A stretch of DNA of 35,024 nucleotides, taken from Candidatus Firestoneibacteriota bacterium (GTDB lineage: Bacteria; Oederibacteriota; D2-FULL-39-29; JBBTED01). The translations under genes and the position numbers were made by a program. The stretch covers positions 1 through 35,024 of the forward strand of contig JBBTED010000096.1 of the NCBI GenBank assembly GCA_038042445.1. The letters are read 5' to 3'. Under the pieces are notes generated by a model. It worked only from the letters and a program-made list of their open reading frames with translations, was not told the origin of the DNA and made no database searches. This document shows, in pieces, positions 1-9,573 of the stretch. The number at the start of each line of letters is the position of its first letter. Within the stretch, counting starts at the first letter, position 1.

Positions 1-44
1 TTTGCGCCGAGGCTGTTTCTTACGATTTCACAAAAAGTGAAAAT

Positions 45-135
45 TGGCGGAGAGGCCGGGATTCGAACCCGGGGTGGAGTTTCCCCCACAACTGCTTAGC
101 AGGCAGCTGCCTTAAGCCAGCTCGGCCACCTCTCC
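45..135 (-). tRNA. tRNA-Ser (anticodon GCT)
   Basis: Reverse complement GGAGAGGTGGCCGAG...GCTGC-CT-GCT-AA-GCAGT...long variable arm...GGGTTCGAATCCC GGCCTCTCCG-CCA: acceptor stem, TTCGAAT T-loop, encoded CCA. Confidence 0.96.
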
Positions 136-230
136 ATATTTTTTTAGCTATGGTCTATCTTTTTCCACCAGACCATAAAAACAAATGTATCATTTTTAAA
201 TATATATTTCAATACCAAATACTATAATTC

Positions 231-253
231 GTAGCTGATAAATCAGCAACTAC
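231..253. repeat. REP-like palindrome, family A (GTAGTYGCYGATTTATCRGC), minus-orientation copy
   Basis: GCTGATAAATCAGC-AACTAC; same family at 19054-19073, 23849-23868, 33654-33710. Confidence 0.8.
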
Positions 254-275
254 ATATTTATTTAAATAAATTATT

Positions 276-1916
276 TTAATTGCCGTTGACTACTTGTAGG
301 AATGTATTGGTTAATTTTGTATCGTAGTGTTTATTTCTAAGGTTGTGGAGTTCTTGTTTTGCTTCTTCTCTGTCTTTAGCAGGACGGTATGGCCTATTAG
401 AAACCATTGCGTCAAAAGAATCTGCGAGTGCAATTATTTTTGATCCAAGAGGAATTTCATTACCTTTTAATGCATTTGGATAGCCGCTGCCATCGATTCT
501 TTCATGATGATGTTTTATAATTTTTAAGATATCCTGAAATTCAGAAATTGGTTTTAAAATTTTTACTGCTGCCAATGGATGTTCTTTAATATTATCATAT
601 TCTTCAGATGTAAGTTTGCCTGGTTTATTTAATACGTCATCTCTAATTGCAATTTTGCCTATATCATGTAATAAACTTGCAATACGGATAGTTTCTATTT
701 CGTCTATGGAAAGATTTAATTTTTTTGCAAGCATACTACTGTATTTTGCTACTCTTTGCGAATGTCCTATTGTATATTTATCTTTTGCTTCTAAAGTTTT
801 AGCTAAACTTTTAATTGTTCTTAAAAATAATTTTTTAAATTGTCTATGCCGTTCTTTAAGTTTATTTGTCTGTTCATAAGTATTTTTAAACAATCGCGAG
901 TTTTCAATAGCAATTGCAGATGTATTTGCCAAAGTAGTTAAGGTAGTATATTCTTTTTTTATAAAATGGTGAGGTTTTGTGGTATATACACTTATAACTC
1001 CAATACATTTTCCTTTGGCTATTAAAGGAGCGCATAGATAAGAACAAAGTCCTTCTTTTTTTGCCAAAGTGGAATATTGACCTTTTCGTGTTTTTAAATC
1101 AAATTCTTCTATTGGTTTTTGTGATGTAAAAACTTTACCAGCAAGGCCTTCACCGGGTTTTGGGTCACCTTTAGTAATATAGGCAATACTTAATCCTTTT
1201 GCTGAAACAACTGTAAGTTTGCCTGTTTTCTCATCAAATAGGCGAACTGAACATATTTTTACATTAATTAATTTAACAATTGAATTAACAATGAATGTTA
1301 ATACATCCTGAAAATTTAAAGTGCTATTGATTTTTTTGGTAACTTGTTCAATTGTTCTTACCCAGTCTAATTGTTGTTTTGTATATTCAAAGTGTTGGCT
1401 ATTGATAATTGCCCGTGTTACAAAATTTGAAAATGTCGTAAGAATAGTCAAATCATTTTTATTACAACAGGAGTCATCAATTTTATCAAATACTGCTATT
1501 GCTCCAATAGTTATATTTTTATTTGTCAACGGAACGCAAATAAAAGATTTCATTTTTGCTGTGCGTGCAATATGTTTTACTGTATATTTATCTTTAAGTG
1601 CATTTTGTACCAAATACGGTTTATTATTTTTAATCGTTCTCCAAAAAATACCTTTTCCAATTGGTGGAATTGGTAAATCAGCAGTATCATATTGAGCACT
1701 GATATGTTTTACCATATTTACTTTGTTAATTGTTCTGTCAAATAGTGGAATGGCGCCTCTTTTTGTATTTGTCAATACAAGAGCCCCTTTGATTATTTTT
1801 TCAAGAATTAAATCCAGAGAAGAGGAAGAATTGACTGACTTTTCAATTTCATAAAATATGGAAAGTTCTTTTAGCTTTTGTCTAAGGTTATTATTTTGAT
1901 ATTTAAGGTCTTGCAT
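276..1916 (-). CDS. GAF-GAF-HD-GYP domain protein (putative cyclic dinucleotide phosphodiesterase)
   Basis: Two GAF-like repeats (SFICVPL...IGAIAV; SYLCAPL...IGVISV) then HD-GYP motifs HSQRV, LHDIGK, HHHERIDGSGYP, ADSFDAM. Confidence 0.92.
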   Translation of the reverse strand: MQDLKYQNNNLRQKLKELSIFYEIEKSVNSSSSLDLILEKIIKGALVLTNTKRGAIPLFDRTINKVNMVKHISAQYDTADLPIPPIGKGIFWRTIKNNKPYLVQNALKDKYTVKHIARTAKMKSFICVPLTNKNITIGAIAVFDKIDDSCCNKNDLTILTTFSNFVTRAIINSQHFEYTKQQLDWVRTIEQVTKKINSTLNFQDVLTFIVNSIVKLINVKICSVRLFDEKTGKLTVVSAKGLSIAYITKGDPKPGEGLAGKVFTSQKPIEEFDLKTRKGQYSTLAKKEGLCSYLCAPLIAKGKCIGVISVYTTKPHHFIKKEYTTLTTLANTSAIAIENSRLFKNTYEQTNKLKERHRQFKKLFLRTIKSLAKTLEAKDKYTIGHSQRVAKYSSMLAKKLNLSIDEIETIRIASLLHDIGKIAIRDDVLNKPGKLTSEEYDNIKEHPLAAVKILKPISEFQDILKIIKHHHERIDGSGYPNALKGNEIPLGSKIIALADSFDAMVSNRPYRPAKDREEAKQELHNLRNKHYDTKLTNTFLQVVNGN

Positions 1917-1973
1917 TTTTAATCATTTTACTAAATACTCATATATGATACAACATTCTATATGTCTTTTAAA

Positions 1974-2297
1974 TTATACAGACTTTTGGGCTGTATAATC
2001 TGTTAATTCTCCGATGCGAAAATGTATATCTTTTATTGCTGTTTTGCCTATTTTCTGATTTAGATTTTTTATTATTTCTTTTTTCATAATAGACAATTCA
2101 TTCATCCATGTTGAATTATCAACGTTAACCATAAGGCAGCTGCTTTTAACTGTGACAGGTTTGGTATGAGCCGATACTTTTTCGCCAACAATTTCTTTCC
2201 ATACTATTAATGCTGTATAAGATTTTATTCTGTGAAATAATCCTGTCTTTTTTAATACGCTATCTAAAGCTGTGCCTATTGGTTTGAATTTTCTCAC
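1974..2297 (-). CDS. DUF721 / DciA-family protein
   Basis: W..IVGEKVSAHT.P......L.V.VDNSTWMNEL...K..II..LN pattern typical of DUF721; GTG start. Confidence 0.82.
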   Translation of the reverse strand: MRKFKPIGTALDSVLKKTGLFHRIKSYTALIVWKEIVGEKVSAHTKPVTVKSSCLMVNVDNSTWMNELSIMKKEIIKNLNQKIGKTAIKDIHFRIGELTDYTAQKSV

Positions 2298-2398
2298 AAG
2301 ATTTATTATTGCATATAATTATTTTAAAATCTATGATAAAAATGCTATAATTGCTATAATAGTAATAGGTCAATGACAGGGGAATAATATTTATTTTT

Positions 2399-2451
2399 GT
2401 AGGGGCTGGCTTGCCAGCCCTTAATTATTGGGCGGATAAATCCGCCCCTAC
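2399..2451. repeat. Paired inverted GTAG-type REPs (REPIN-like), family B
   Basis: GTAGGGGCTGGCTTGCCAGCCC...GGGCGGATAAATCCGCCCCTAC. Confidence 0.8.
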
Positions 2452-2530
2452 GCGATATAACGGAAAAAATCCAAAGACTTGATTCATTACCTATAATATA
2501 AAATCATTGTTTAACAAATGAGGGGGAAAT

Positions 2531-2764
2531 ATGCCGATATATGAATATAGATGTAAAGGATGTGGTGAAAAATTTGAAGCGTTGGTATTTAATAGGGACG
2601 ATAAAGTTAGTTGTCCAAAATGCAAAAAATCAAATTTGGATAAATTATTTTCCACATTCGCAAGTATTATGGGTAAAGATGGAGTTATGCCACAATGTTC
2701 AAGTGGAGCCTGTCCTCGTGGTGGATGTCCTACTGGAACTAATTGCCCAACTTTTAGAAATTGA
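2531..2764 (+). CDS. FmdB-family zinc-ribbon regulatory protein
   Basis: MPIYEYRCKGCG..FE...CPKC.....KLFSTF plus Cys-rich tail; GAGGGG RBS. Confidence 0.9.
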   Translation: MPIYEYRCKGCGEKFEALVFNRDDKVSCPKCKKSNLDKLFSTFASIMGKDGVMPQCSSGACPRGGCPTGTNCPTFRN

Positions 2765-2772
2765 GCAAAAAA

Positions 2773-4446
2773 TCAGAATTTTAGTGATAAACCTGTATTG
2801 TAAGTCCTGTACTCATTTAATTCAAAGGTGTTATTCGATATAGGCAAAGTATAATAATTTAAATTTTTAGTTAAAAAATATATATCTATTTCTGATGTGA
2901 TTTTTTGCGATAATTTTCCTGCAATATCAAATTTTTTATTTAAATCATAATATTGAATTTTAAAATCTATAGTTTGGTTTAATGGAGTTAAAAAGATAAA
3001 TCCAATATTGAATAAATTTGTCAGATTTTTTTCTAAAGAAATATAAGAATAATTATAATATGAAGTTAAACTTTTAAATAATTCTATGGAAAGTTCCAGT
3101 TCAATACCGAATTTTGTTATCAAGTCAATAGTATCTATGGAACTTATTTCTTCAGGTCTGATTAAGAAATTTGAATCTGTAGTAGTGGCATTTCTTGCTT
3201 CATTGTAAAAGCAAGTTGTTCGTAAATTTGTTTTTTCACTAAAAGAATAGTCAAATCCTGTTGTTGCTTCCCATATTTTTTCTATTGGTAAATTTGAATT
3301 AACTTTTAATTCAGCTAAATTCGGCATTGCGGTTCCTGAATTTATTGAAGCGCGCAGTGCTAATTCATCACTTAATCTGTAAAGTATGTTTGTTCCAGGA
3401 TTAAATGTTCCGCCGGCAATTGAGTGGTGGTCGTAACGCAAATATAATGTAATTACAAAAAAACCAAGATAATTTATGGTAGTTCCAGAAAATATAGATT
3501 GGACCATAGCTTTTTGTTCATTAAAGGTACTTCCTTTTGCTTTGTCCTCATGTAAATCTGCACCTGTTGAAAAAGATATCAAACCTCCAAGGTCTATATC
3601 GTATTTAATTTGAGTTCCAATTCGAGAAGTGTGGTAATCCTGTTGGTTTATTCCAGATTCAATAAGAGTGTAGGGTATAATGCTTAGAAAATAAGTATCA
3701 TCCCAGGAGAAATTAGTTGATAGGACAGCAGTTCCGCCTTCGTTTTTTAATCCATAACCTTTTGAAGAATATAAATAACCAAATAATTCCATATCTGTGG
3801 ATTCAGATAAAGTTATGTTAAAATCTCCATTTAAATTAGAGGAATCAATAGTGTTAGTGAATAAACTGCTTTCTAAATTGCTACTTAAATTGCCAATATT
3901 ACTATGATGTCCAATTTTATAAAATAATGAGTTTGGAGTTTGATATTCAGTAGAAAGAGATATGGTTTTTCCATATTCTTTGCTTAGCAAATTAATAGCA
4001 CCAGCTCCTGCATTTGTGCCATATAAAGATGAAGCCGGACTTCTTATAATCTCAAATTTTGCAATATTGTTTGTTCCTATATTATTTAAATTGAAACTTC
4101 CATTTAATGGGCTATTAAGAGGGACACCATTTAACATAAATAAAGTATTTTTAGGGTTTTCCCTATTTAGACTTACAAAATTTGCATAAGCTGGATTTCC
4201 ATAAGAAGTAATTTGAACATTCGGGAGATATTGTAATTGATAAAGCAAATCTGTTGTAGAGGTTAAATCATTTATTTGGATTTCATTTAATACTCGTGGA
4301 ATATCTTTTGAAGGCTGAGGGCGTAATAAACCGGTATATGCAAAGTCAGGATTTCTAATTTCTTTTGCATAAGACATAGTTTTATGACTAAAGAAAATAC
4401 TGTAACCATACAACAACAAAATAATTAAAAACAATCTTGATTTCAT
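2773..4446 (-). CDS. TonB-dependent outer-membrane receptor (plug + barrel)
   Basis: Signal peptide; plug motif FEIIRSPASSLYGTNAGAGAINL; LRYDHHS strand; C-terminal RTYNTGLSLKF. Confidence 0.82.
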   Translation of the reverse strand: MKSRLFLIILLLYGYSIFFSHKTMSYAKEIRNPDFAYTGLLRPQPSKDIPRVLNEIQINDLTSTTDLLYQLQYLPNVQITSYGNPAYANFVSLNRENPKNTLFMLNGVPLNSPLNGSFNLNNIGTNNIAKFEIIRSPASSLYGTNAGAGAINLLSKEYGKTISLSTEYQTPNSLFYKIGHHSNIGNLSSNLESSLFTNTIDSSNLNGDFNITLSESTDMELFGYLYSSKGYGLKNEGGTAVLSTNFSWDDTYFLSIIPYTLIESGINQQDYHTSRIGTQIKYDIDLGGLISFSTGADLHEDKAKGSTFNEQKAMVQSIFSGTTINYLGFFVITLYLRYDHHSIAGGTFNPGTNILYRLSDELALRASINSGTAMPNLAELKVNSNLPIEKIWEATTGFDYSFSEKTNLRTTCFYNEARNATTTDSNFLIRPEEISSIDTIDLITKFGIELELSIELFKSLTSYYNYSYISLEKNLTNLFNIGFIFLTPLNQTIDFKIQYYDLNKKFDIAGKLSQKITSEIDIYFLTKNLNYYTLPISNNTFELNEYRTYNTGLSLKF

Positions 4447-4515
4447 ATTTACAATTATATTTTACTGTACGTAATGTTACAAGCAAATAAATCTCCATTA
4501 ATCCCTCTTTATTAA

Positions 4516-4678
4516 GAGACTGTGTTATAATTAAAAAAATGGTGTGATTTGTCATTCCCGCATGTAGTTAGCGGGAATCCAGTGTTTTTAAAACATTGAT
4601 AAAACAAGACTCTGGATTCCTGCTTTCGCAGGAATGACAAACTACTAAAAATTACAATTAGCATTATGACACAGTCTG
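4516..4678. mobile_element. MITE, 163 bp, with 15-bp terminal inverted repeats and TAA target duplication
   Basis: AGACTGTGTTATAAT (4517-4531) / ATTATGACACAGTCT (4663-4677), one mismatch; flanked by TAA at 4513-4515 and 4679-4681. Confidence 0.72.
4551..4638. repeat. Paired palindromes, family D (dRS3-like GTCATTCCCG..CGGGAATCCAG), inside the MITE
   Basis: GTCATTCCCGCATGTAGTTAGCGGGAATCCAG ... CTGGATTCCTGCTTTCGCAGGAATGAC. Confidence 0.85.
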
Positions 4679-4750
4679 TAAAGGGGGAAAGGGGATTTGA
4701 ACTTGATAAATACTGTTTACAATTATAGTGCAATAATTTAAAATAAAAAT

Positions 4751-5776
4751 ATGGTAAGAAAAATACTTGTGGTTAGGACAGATAAAATGGGGGATGTTAT
4801 ATTGGCTACGCCTGTATTGGAAATTTTGCGAAATATATTTTGCGAAAGTCATATTGCAATGCTTGTGCAGTCTTATACAGAAGATATAATACGTGGCAAT
4901 AAAAATGTAAATGAAATTTTGCTCTCTGACAATAAGACCATACTGGAATTGAAAAAAATATTTAAAGAGAGAAAATTTGATGCAGCTATTGTTTTATTTC
5001 CTAGATTTAAAATAGCATTGGCATTGTTTTTGGCAGGAGTTAAAATTCGTATTGGAACAGCATACAGGTGGTATTCATTTTTATTTAATAAAAGAGTTTA
5101 TGTGCATCGTTCGCGTATTGAAAAACATGAAGTGGAATACAATATAGATTTAGTAAAAAAACTAATATCAATAGCAAAAATTAAAGGAGATATATTCCAG
5201 CCAAAATTATCTATTTATATTTCACAGGATGACGAAAAAACTGCAAATACTTTTTTTGAAAAAACGCAGGTAAATAAAGATGATGTAGTGGTAGGAATAC
5301 ATCCTGGAAGTTTTGGCTCTGCACTTAACTGGCCAGTGGAAAACTATGCAAAGCTTGCTGATGAATTGATTTTGACTCACAAGTATAAAGTTTTGGTTAC
5401 AGGCACGCAAAAAGATGCTGAATTAGTCAATACGCTTTGTAAATTAATGATGGCAAAACCTTTGATACTACCGAACAATTTTTCAATTAAACAACTTGCT
5501 GCTGTGTTAAAAAGATGTCCTGTGTTTGTAAGTGGTAGCACAGGGCCTATGCATTTAGCTGCTGCAGTTGATACTTCTACAGTTTCATTGTTTCCACCAA
5601 TATTTGTATGTTCTCCTAAAAGATGGAGTCCATGGGGAAATAAGCAAAAAATCTTAATGCCTGAGGATTTATCCTGCAAAATATGTACATACGATAAATG
5701 CAAAAACTATAACTGTATGCAAAAAATAACTGTTGAAGAAGTTTTAAATAATATTTTAGAATTACTTAAGCAGTAA
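4751..5776 (+). CDS. GT9 ADP-heptose:LPS heptosyltransferase family protein
   Basis: KILVVRTDKMGDVILATP, GIHPGS...NWP, STGPMHLAAAV, CMQKITVEEV motifs. Confidence 0.9.
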   Translation: MVRKILVVRTDKMGDVILATPVLEILRNIFCESHIAMLVQSYTEDIIRGNKNVNEILLSDNKTILELKKIFKERKFDAAIVLFPRFKIALALFLAGVKIRIGTAYRWYSFLFNKRVYVHRSRIEKHEVEYNIDLVKKLISIAKIKGDIFQPKLSIYISQDDEKTANTFFEKTQVNKDDVVVGIHPGSFGSALNWPVENYAKLADELILTHKYKVLVTGTQKDAELVNTLCKLMMAKPLILPNNFSIKQLAAVLKRCPVFVSGSTGPMHLAAAVDTSTVSLFPPIFVCSPKRWSPWGNKQKILMPEDLSCKICTYDKCKNYNCMQKITVEEVLNNILELLKQ

Positions 5777-6863
5777 AATTACATTCCTTTTTTATTAATT
5801 TCAGATAATACAAATAATTTTCAAGTGAAACATCAGGTGGGACTCTGTGGTCAGCAAATGGAATGTATCCACCACTTTTAATTACATCAGATACTCTTTT
5901 AACTTCATTTTCTATTTCTGTTTTGCCTTTTGCAAGTTCTATTTTGTCTATTCCACCCATTAATAATACATTTTTGCCATATAATTTTCTGTATTTTACA
6001 GGGTCACTGTTTCCAGCCATTTCAAGTGGAAACATACCATTTATTCCTGATTCTAACCATAAAGGAAGTAGTTCATCAATATTTCCATCACAATCAACAA
6101 AATTAATCTTGATGTTATTTTTATATAAAAATTCAGTTATTTTTTTATATCTTGGAACCATTAATTCCTTAAAAAGTTTAGGTGAAAGCAAGCTTCCTTT
6201 GTTGTATGCCATATCTTCCCAGAAAAATCCAGCATCAATATCAATTTCTTCAACTGCTTTTTTTAGAACTTTAAGAGTAAAATCCAATCTAAAATCAAAC
6301 ATATCCACAATTAAGCTTTTATCTTCATAAAAAGCAATTGATAAATTTTCAATACCCATAAGTTCTCTTGCCCATCCGAAAAATCCACCACAATGTATAA
6401 GTAGTGGATATGTTCTGTCTTTTACGGATTTTTTGTAGTCTTCCCAATTTCTTGGATACCTTGCAGGTGATTCTGGATTTAATCTTTTTATAATTTCATT
6501 AAAATCTTTTCTATTCTTTACAGGAAATTCAAGAAAGTGTGGAATTGAAACACCTTGTTTTTGTTTGAAACGTTTTAATTTGGTTCCTGTTACATCAATT
6601 ACTATTTGTGTATTTGCATCTTCTTCTAATATTTTTTCTTCAAAAGCAGGTAAAAATCTAAATTCTGCACCTTGAATATAGCTTTCTTCAAAACATCTGT
6701 CCATTCCAAAAAAATCTCTTGGGTGAACATCTTCAGGTAATCCTTCTTTATGCCATCTGTCTAATGTTTCATCCCACCATGCGAAATCCCAATATGGCAC
6801 ACGGTCAACAGGTTCAAAACGCATTAACTTTAAAAACCTTTCCCTTAGATTCAAATTTTGCAT
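5766..6863 (-). CDS. Uroporphyrinogen decarboxylase (URO-D/MtaA-CmuA) superfamily protein
   Basis: RERFL..M.FEPVDRVP, WEDMAYN...LLSP, VDCDGN, GGIDK, GGYIP..DH.VPPDVS.ENY; start moved to ATG 6863 behind an AGGAG RBS. Confidence 0.85.
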   Translation of the reverse strand: MQNLNLRERFLKLMRFEPVDRVPYWDFAWWDETLDRWHKEGLPEDVHPRDFFGMDRCFEESYIQGAEFRFLPAFEEKILEEDANTQIVIDVTGTKLKRFKQKQGVSIPHFLEFPVKNRKDFNEIIKRLNPESPARYPRNWEDYKKSVKDRTYPLLIHCGGFFGWARELMGIENLSIAFYEDKSLIVDMFDFRLDFTLKVLKKAVEEIDIDAGFFWEDMAYNKGSLLSPKLFKELMVPRYKKITEFLYKNNIKINFVDCDGNIDELLPLWLESGINGMFPLEMAGNSDPVKYRKLYGKNVLLMGGIDKIELAKGKTEIENEVKRVSDVIKSGGYIPFADHRVPPDVSLENYLYYLKLIKKECNFTA

Positions 6864-6926
6864 AAAATCGCTCCTTTCATTTAACAACATCTAATTATAG
6901 TAGAAATTGTTTTAAATGCAATAAAA

Positions 6927-6960
6927 AAATTCCCCCTTAGTCCCCCTTTAATAAAGGGGG
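6927..6960. repeat. Family E palindrome (partial)
   Basis: AAATTCCCCCTTAGTCCCCCTTTAATAAAGGGGG. Confidence 0.75.
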
Positions 6961-7028
6961 CTACAACCAGAATTCCCAGAACCTTTCGCCTCGCAACAAT
7001 CCGCACAAAAAAATCTCATCTTTTCACA

Positions 7029-7057
7029 TTGATTTTAAAATATTACTACAGTATAAT
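7029..7057 (+). promoter_or_regulatory. Putative sigma70 promoter for nth
   Basis: TTGATT-N17-TATAAT ending 11 nt before the ATG. Confidence 0.55.
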
Positions 7058-7068
7058 TTCAATAAATT

Positions 7069-7713
7069 ATGGCTAACTTAAATGAAAAAGTAAAAAAAGT
7101 AATAGAATTACTAAAAAAGGAATATTCTCATCCTAAAGTTGTTTTAGATTATAAAAATCCTATGGAATTGCTTGTTGCAACTATTTTATCTGCGCAATGT
7201 ACGGATGTTAGAGTAAATAAAATTACTCCAGGGTTGTTCAAGAGATATAAAACTGTAAAAGACTTTGCATACGCTAATTTAAAAGAATTGGAGATGGAAA
7301 TCAAATCTACGGGGTTTTATAGAAACAAATCTAAAAACATAATTAATTCTGCTAAAAAGATTTTGTCTGATTTTAACGGAAGAGTTCCTGATTCTATGGA
7401 AAAACTGCTTACTCTACCTGGAGTTGCAAGAAAAACTGCAAATATAGTTTTACATAATGCATTTGGTAAGATTGAAGGTATAGCTGTTGATACTCATGTT
7501 AAAAGATTATCAAAACTTATTGGGTTGACTAAAAACGATAATCCGAATAAAATAGAAATAGATTTAATGGATATTACAGAGAAGAAAAATTGGCCATTGA
7601 TTAATTATCTTTTAGTTTTGCATGGCAGAAAAATTTGTATAGCAAGAAAGCCAAATCACTTGGCTTGTGTTATTAATAAGTGCTGTGATTTTTATCAGAG
7701 GCAAAAATGGTAG
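7069..7713 (+). CDS. nth: Endonuclease III
   Basis: LLVATILSAQCTDVRVN, HhH LPGVARKTANIVL, AVDTHVKRL; FCL motif variant C-x6-H-x2-C-x5-C. Confidence 0.95.
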   Translation: MANLNEKVKKVIELLKKEYSHPKVVLDYKNPMELLVATILSAQCTDVRVNKITPGLFKRYKTVKDFAYANLKELEMEIKSTGFYRNKSKNIINSAKKILSDFNGRVPDSMEKLLTLPGVARKTANIVLHNAFGKIEGIAVDTHVKRLSKLIGLTKNDNPNKIEIDLMDITEKKNWPLINYLLVLHGRKICIARKPNHLACVINKCCDFYQRQKW

Positions 7714-7803
7714 TCGCAGGCTTTAGCCTGCGGTTTTTTCTGTAGTGGTAGTCGCTCGCTTTGGCAAGCGTTCTTTTTTCGCAGGCTAAAGCCTGCGGCT
7801 ACC
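7710..7803. repeat. Paired GTAG-type REPs, family C, with a degenerate third unit in the spacer
   Basis: GTAGTCGCAGGCTTTAGCCTGCG ... CGCAGGCTAAAGCCTGCGGCTACC; supplies the nth TAG stop; identical unit at 32300-32322. Confidence 0.88.
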
Positions 7804-7826
7804 AAAGACACAGATAAAGGGAAAAA

Positions 7827-8888
7827 ATGAATACTTTAAAATATAAACCGGATTTTGAAATAGCAAAAAAGTACTGGCAGGCTTTTTGGAAAAAAGAAAT
7901 AATTGATAGGCCATGTGTATTTATAAAAACACCTCAGAATAATAAGGAACAAAAGAAATATCCACCATATATGGCTGGTGTTGATGGTAAATATGAAGAA
8001 GCACTAAATATGTTTGATGAATGGGCAAGTTCAACATATTTTGGTGCTGAAGCTGTTCCATTTTTTGAAATATCTTTTGGTCCTGATCAATTCAGTGCTT
8101 TTTTAGGTGCTGAGCTTGAAATGGCAAAAGACAGGAGTACTTCATGGGTTAAATCATTTATTAACAATTGGAAAATTGCAAAGATAGAGCTTAAAACAGA
8201 TAAAAATAGTGTCTGGAATAAAATGCTGGATTATCTGCATTTTGCCGGGAAATTTAGTGAAGGAAAATTTTTAATAAGTATGTTAGATTTGCACAGTAAT
8301 ATGGATTGTTTAAGCGCACTTCGTGGCCCACAGAATTTTTGTATGGATATAATTGATTATCCTAATGATGTTGAAAAGATATTAAAAGAAGTTAGACTAT
8401 TATATAAGCCGATATATGAAAAATTATATGAAGCTGGCAATATGAAACGTGGAACTATAGGATGGGCGCCGTTTTATTGCGAGGGGAAATTTGCTACTAT
8501 TCAGTGTGATTTTTTGGCATTGATTGGGCCAAAAGATGCAAGGCGTCTTGTTATACCTGCTTTAGAAGAAGAAGCGTCATTTTTAGATCATTGTGTTTTG
8601 CATTATGATGGTCCTGAAGCGCTTGTTCATTTTGAAGATATAATGGCTATTTCTAAAATTGATGTGATACAATGGGTTCCTGGGGATGGCAAACCTCCGA
8701 TGTTCGAGTGGATGGATTTGCTTAAGAAAATTCAAAAAGCAGGTAAAGGATTGCAAATAAATTGTTCTGTAGATGAAGTAAAGAAATTTCACAAAGAATT
8801 AAAGCCCGAAGGTGTATTATATGATGTAGATGCGTCATCAATAAAAGAAGCAGATGAATTAATACTATGGCTAAAAAATAATACATAA
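7827..8888 (+). CDS. URO-D superfamily / corrinoid-methyltransferase-like protein of unknown function
   Basis: W....IDRP, FGPD.FSAFLG, DCLSALRGPQNFC.D..D.P, IQCDF...I.P, HYDGP, IQWVPG.G motifs. Confidence 0.7.
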   Translation: MNTLKYKPDFEIAKKYWQAFWKKEIIDRPCVFIKTPQNNKEQKKYPPYMAGVDGKYEEALNMFDEWASSTYFGAEAVPFFEISFGPDQFSAFLGAELEMAKDRSTSWVKSFINNWKIAKIELKTDKNSVWNKMLDYLHFAGKFSEGKFLISMLDLHSNMDCLSALRGPQNFCMDIIDYPNDVEKILKEVRLLYKPIYEKLYEAGNMKRGTIGWAPFYCEGKFATIQCDFLALIGPKDARRLVIPALEEEASFLDHCVLHYDGPEALVHFEDIMAISKIDVIQWVPGDGKPPMFEWMDLLKKIQKAGKGLQINCSVDEVKKFHKELKPEGVLYDVDASSIKEADELILWLKNNT

Positions 8889-8900
8889 AAAAAGGTTTTA

Positions 8901-8934
8901 CCCCCTTTATTAAAGGGGGATTAAGGGGGAATTT
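8901..8934. repeat. Family E palindrome
   Basis: CCCCCTTTATTAAAGGGGGATTAAGGGGGAATTT. Confidence 0.8.
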
Positions 8935-8953
8935 AAAAAGGAGTCTTATAAAA

Positions 8954-9511
8954 ATGGAACTAACAGATAGATATGACGTACTAAAATCTAAAGTTATAAA
9001 CAGGAAAAAGGAATTTGATAGATTCATTGAATTTATTGAAGAAGAAACAACATGGCTTATAAGTCCTGCAAGCACAAAGTATCATTTGAATAGAGAAAAA
9101 GGTTTGTTGGAGCATAGTCTTAATGTAACAGATATGCTTTTAAAATTAAAAGAAACTCTTGCTCCAAGAATAGATAATGAAAGTTGTATAATAGTAGGGT
9201 TATTTCATGATGCTGGAAAATTAGGATTTCCAGGTAAGCCGTATTACATTCCGAATGAAAATAAATGGGAAGCAGAAAATAGAAATATAAAATATAAAAT
9301 TAATCCGAGTCTTGTAACAATGGGTATTGCTGTTCGCAGTCTTTATTTAGTTTCTAAATATATTTCGCTTTCGGATGAAGAAGCACAAGCTATTGTTTAT
9401 CACGATGGCCAATATATTACAGATAATGCAAGTGTGAAACATAAAGAAGTTCCACTTACTTTGCTTGTTCACTTCGCAGATTTATGGGCAAGTAGTATTT
9501 TGGAAAAATGA
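8954..9511 (+). CDS. HD-domain phosphohydrolase (YhaM-like HD domain)
   Basis: SPASTKYHL..EKGLLEHSLNV, LFHDAGK, AI.YHDG, HFAD. Confidence 0.85.
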   Translation: MELTDRYDVLKSKVINRKKEFDRFIEFIEEETTWLISPASTKYHLNREKGLLEHSLNVTDMLLKLKETLAPRIDNESCIIVGLFHDAGKLGFPGKPYYIPNENKWEAENRNIKYKINPSLVTMGIAVRSLYLVSKYISLSDEEAQAIVYHDGQYITDNASVKHKEVPLTLLVHFADLWASSILEK

Positions 9512-9524
9512 TCCGCCTATGCTG

Positions 9525-9550
9525 GTCATCCTGAACTTGTTTCAGGATCT
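9525..9550. repeat. Family F palindrome (GTCATCCTGAACTTGTTTCAGGATCT)
   Basis: Identical to 19022-19047; related copies at 11513-11584 and 24721-24746. Confidence 0.85.
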
Positions 9551-9573
9551 CGAAATAAAAAAGGAGAAAAATT

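Larger units (their letters stand above)
4489..4698. repeat. Family E palindrome (AAATCCCCCTT..CCCCCTTT-loop-AAAGGGGG..AGGGGGATTT) split by a MITE
   Basis: Left arm 4489-4515 and right arm 4679-4698 rejoin into the element seen intact at 8901-8934 and 25801-25849. Confidence 0.7.

Noticed and set aside
45..135. tRNA-Ser as integration site of an island
   Set aside because: No integrase and no duplicated tRNA 3' end in the window; its 3' side points out of the window
149..177. Hairpin TATGGTCT...AGACCATA as an intrinsic terminator
   Set aside because: No U-tract follows it in either direction
2359..2494. Third MITE wrapper around the family B pair
   Set aside because: The putative ends match only loosely (ATAG-TAAT...TCAA) and no target duplication is evident
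4512..4852. Short ORFs 4512-4733 and 4664-4852 (also 11411-11632 and 18857-19153)
   Set aside because: Largely translations of palindromic repeats (SFLRKQES, VMLNSFQHL, ILKQVQDD) or antisense overlap; no independent coding evidence
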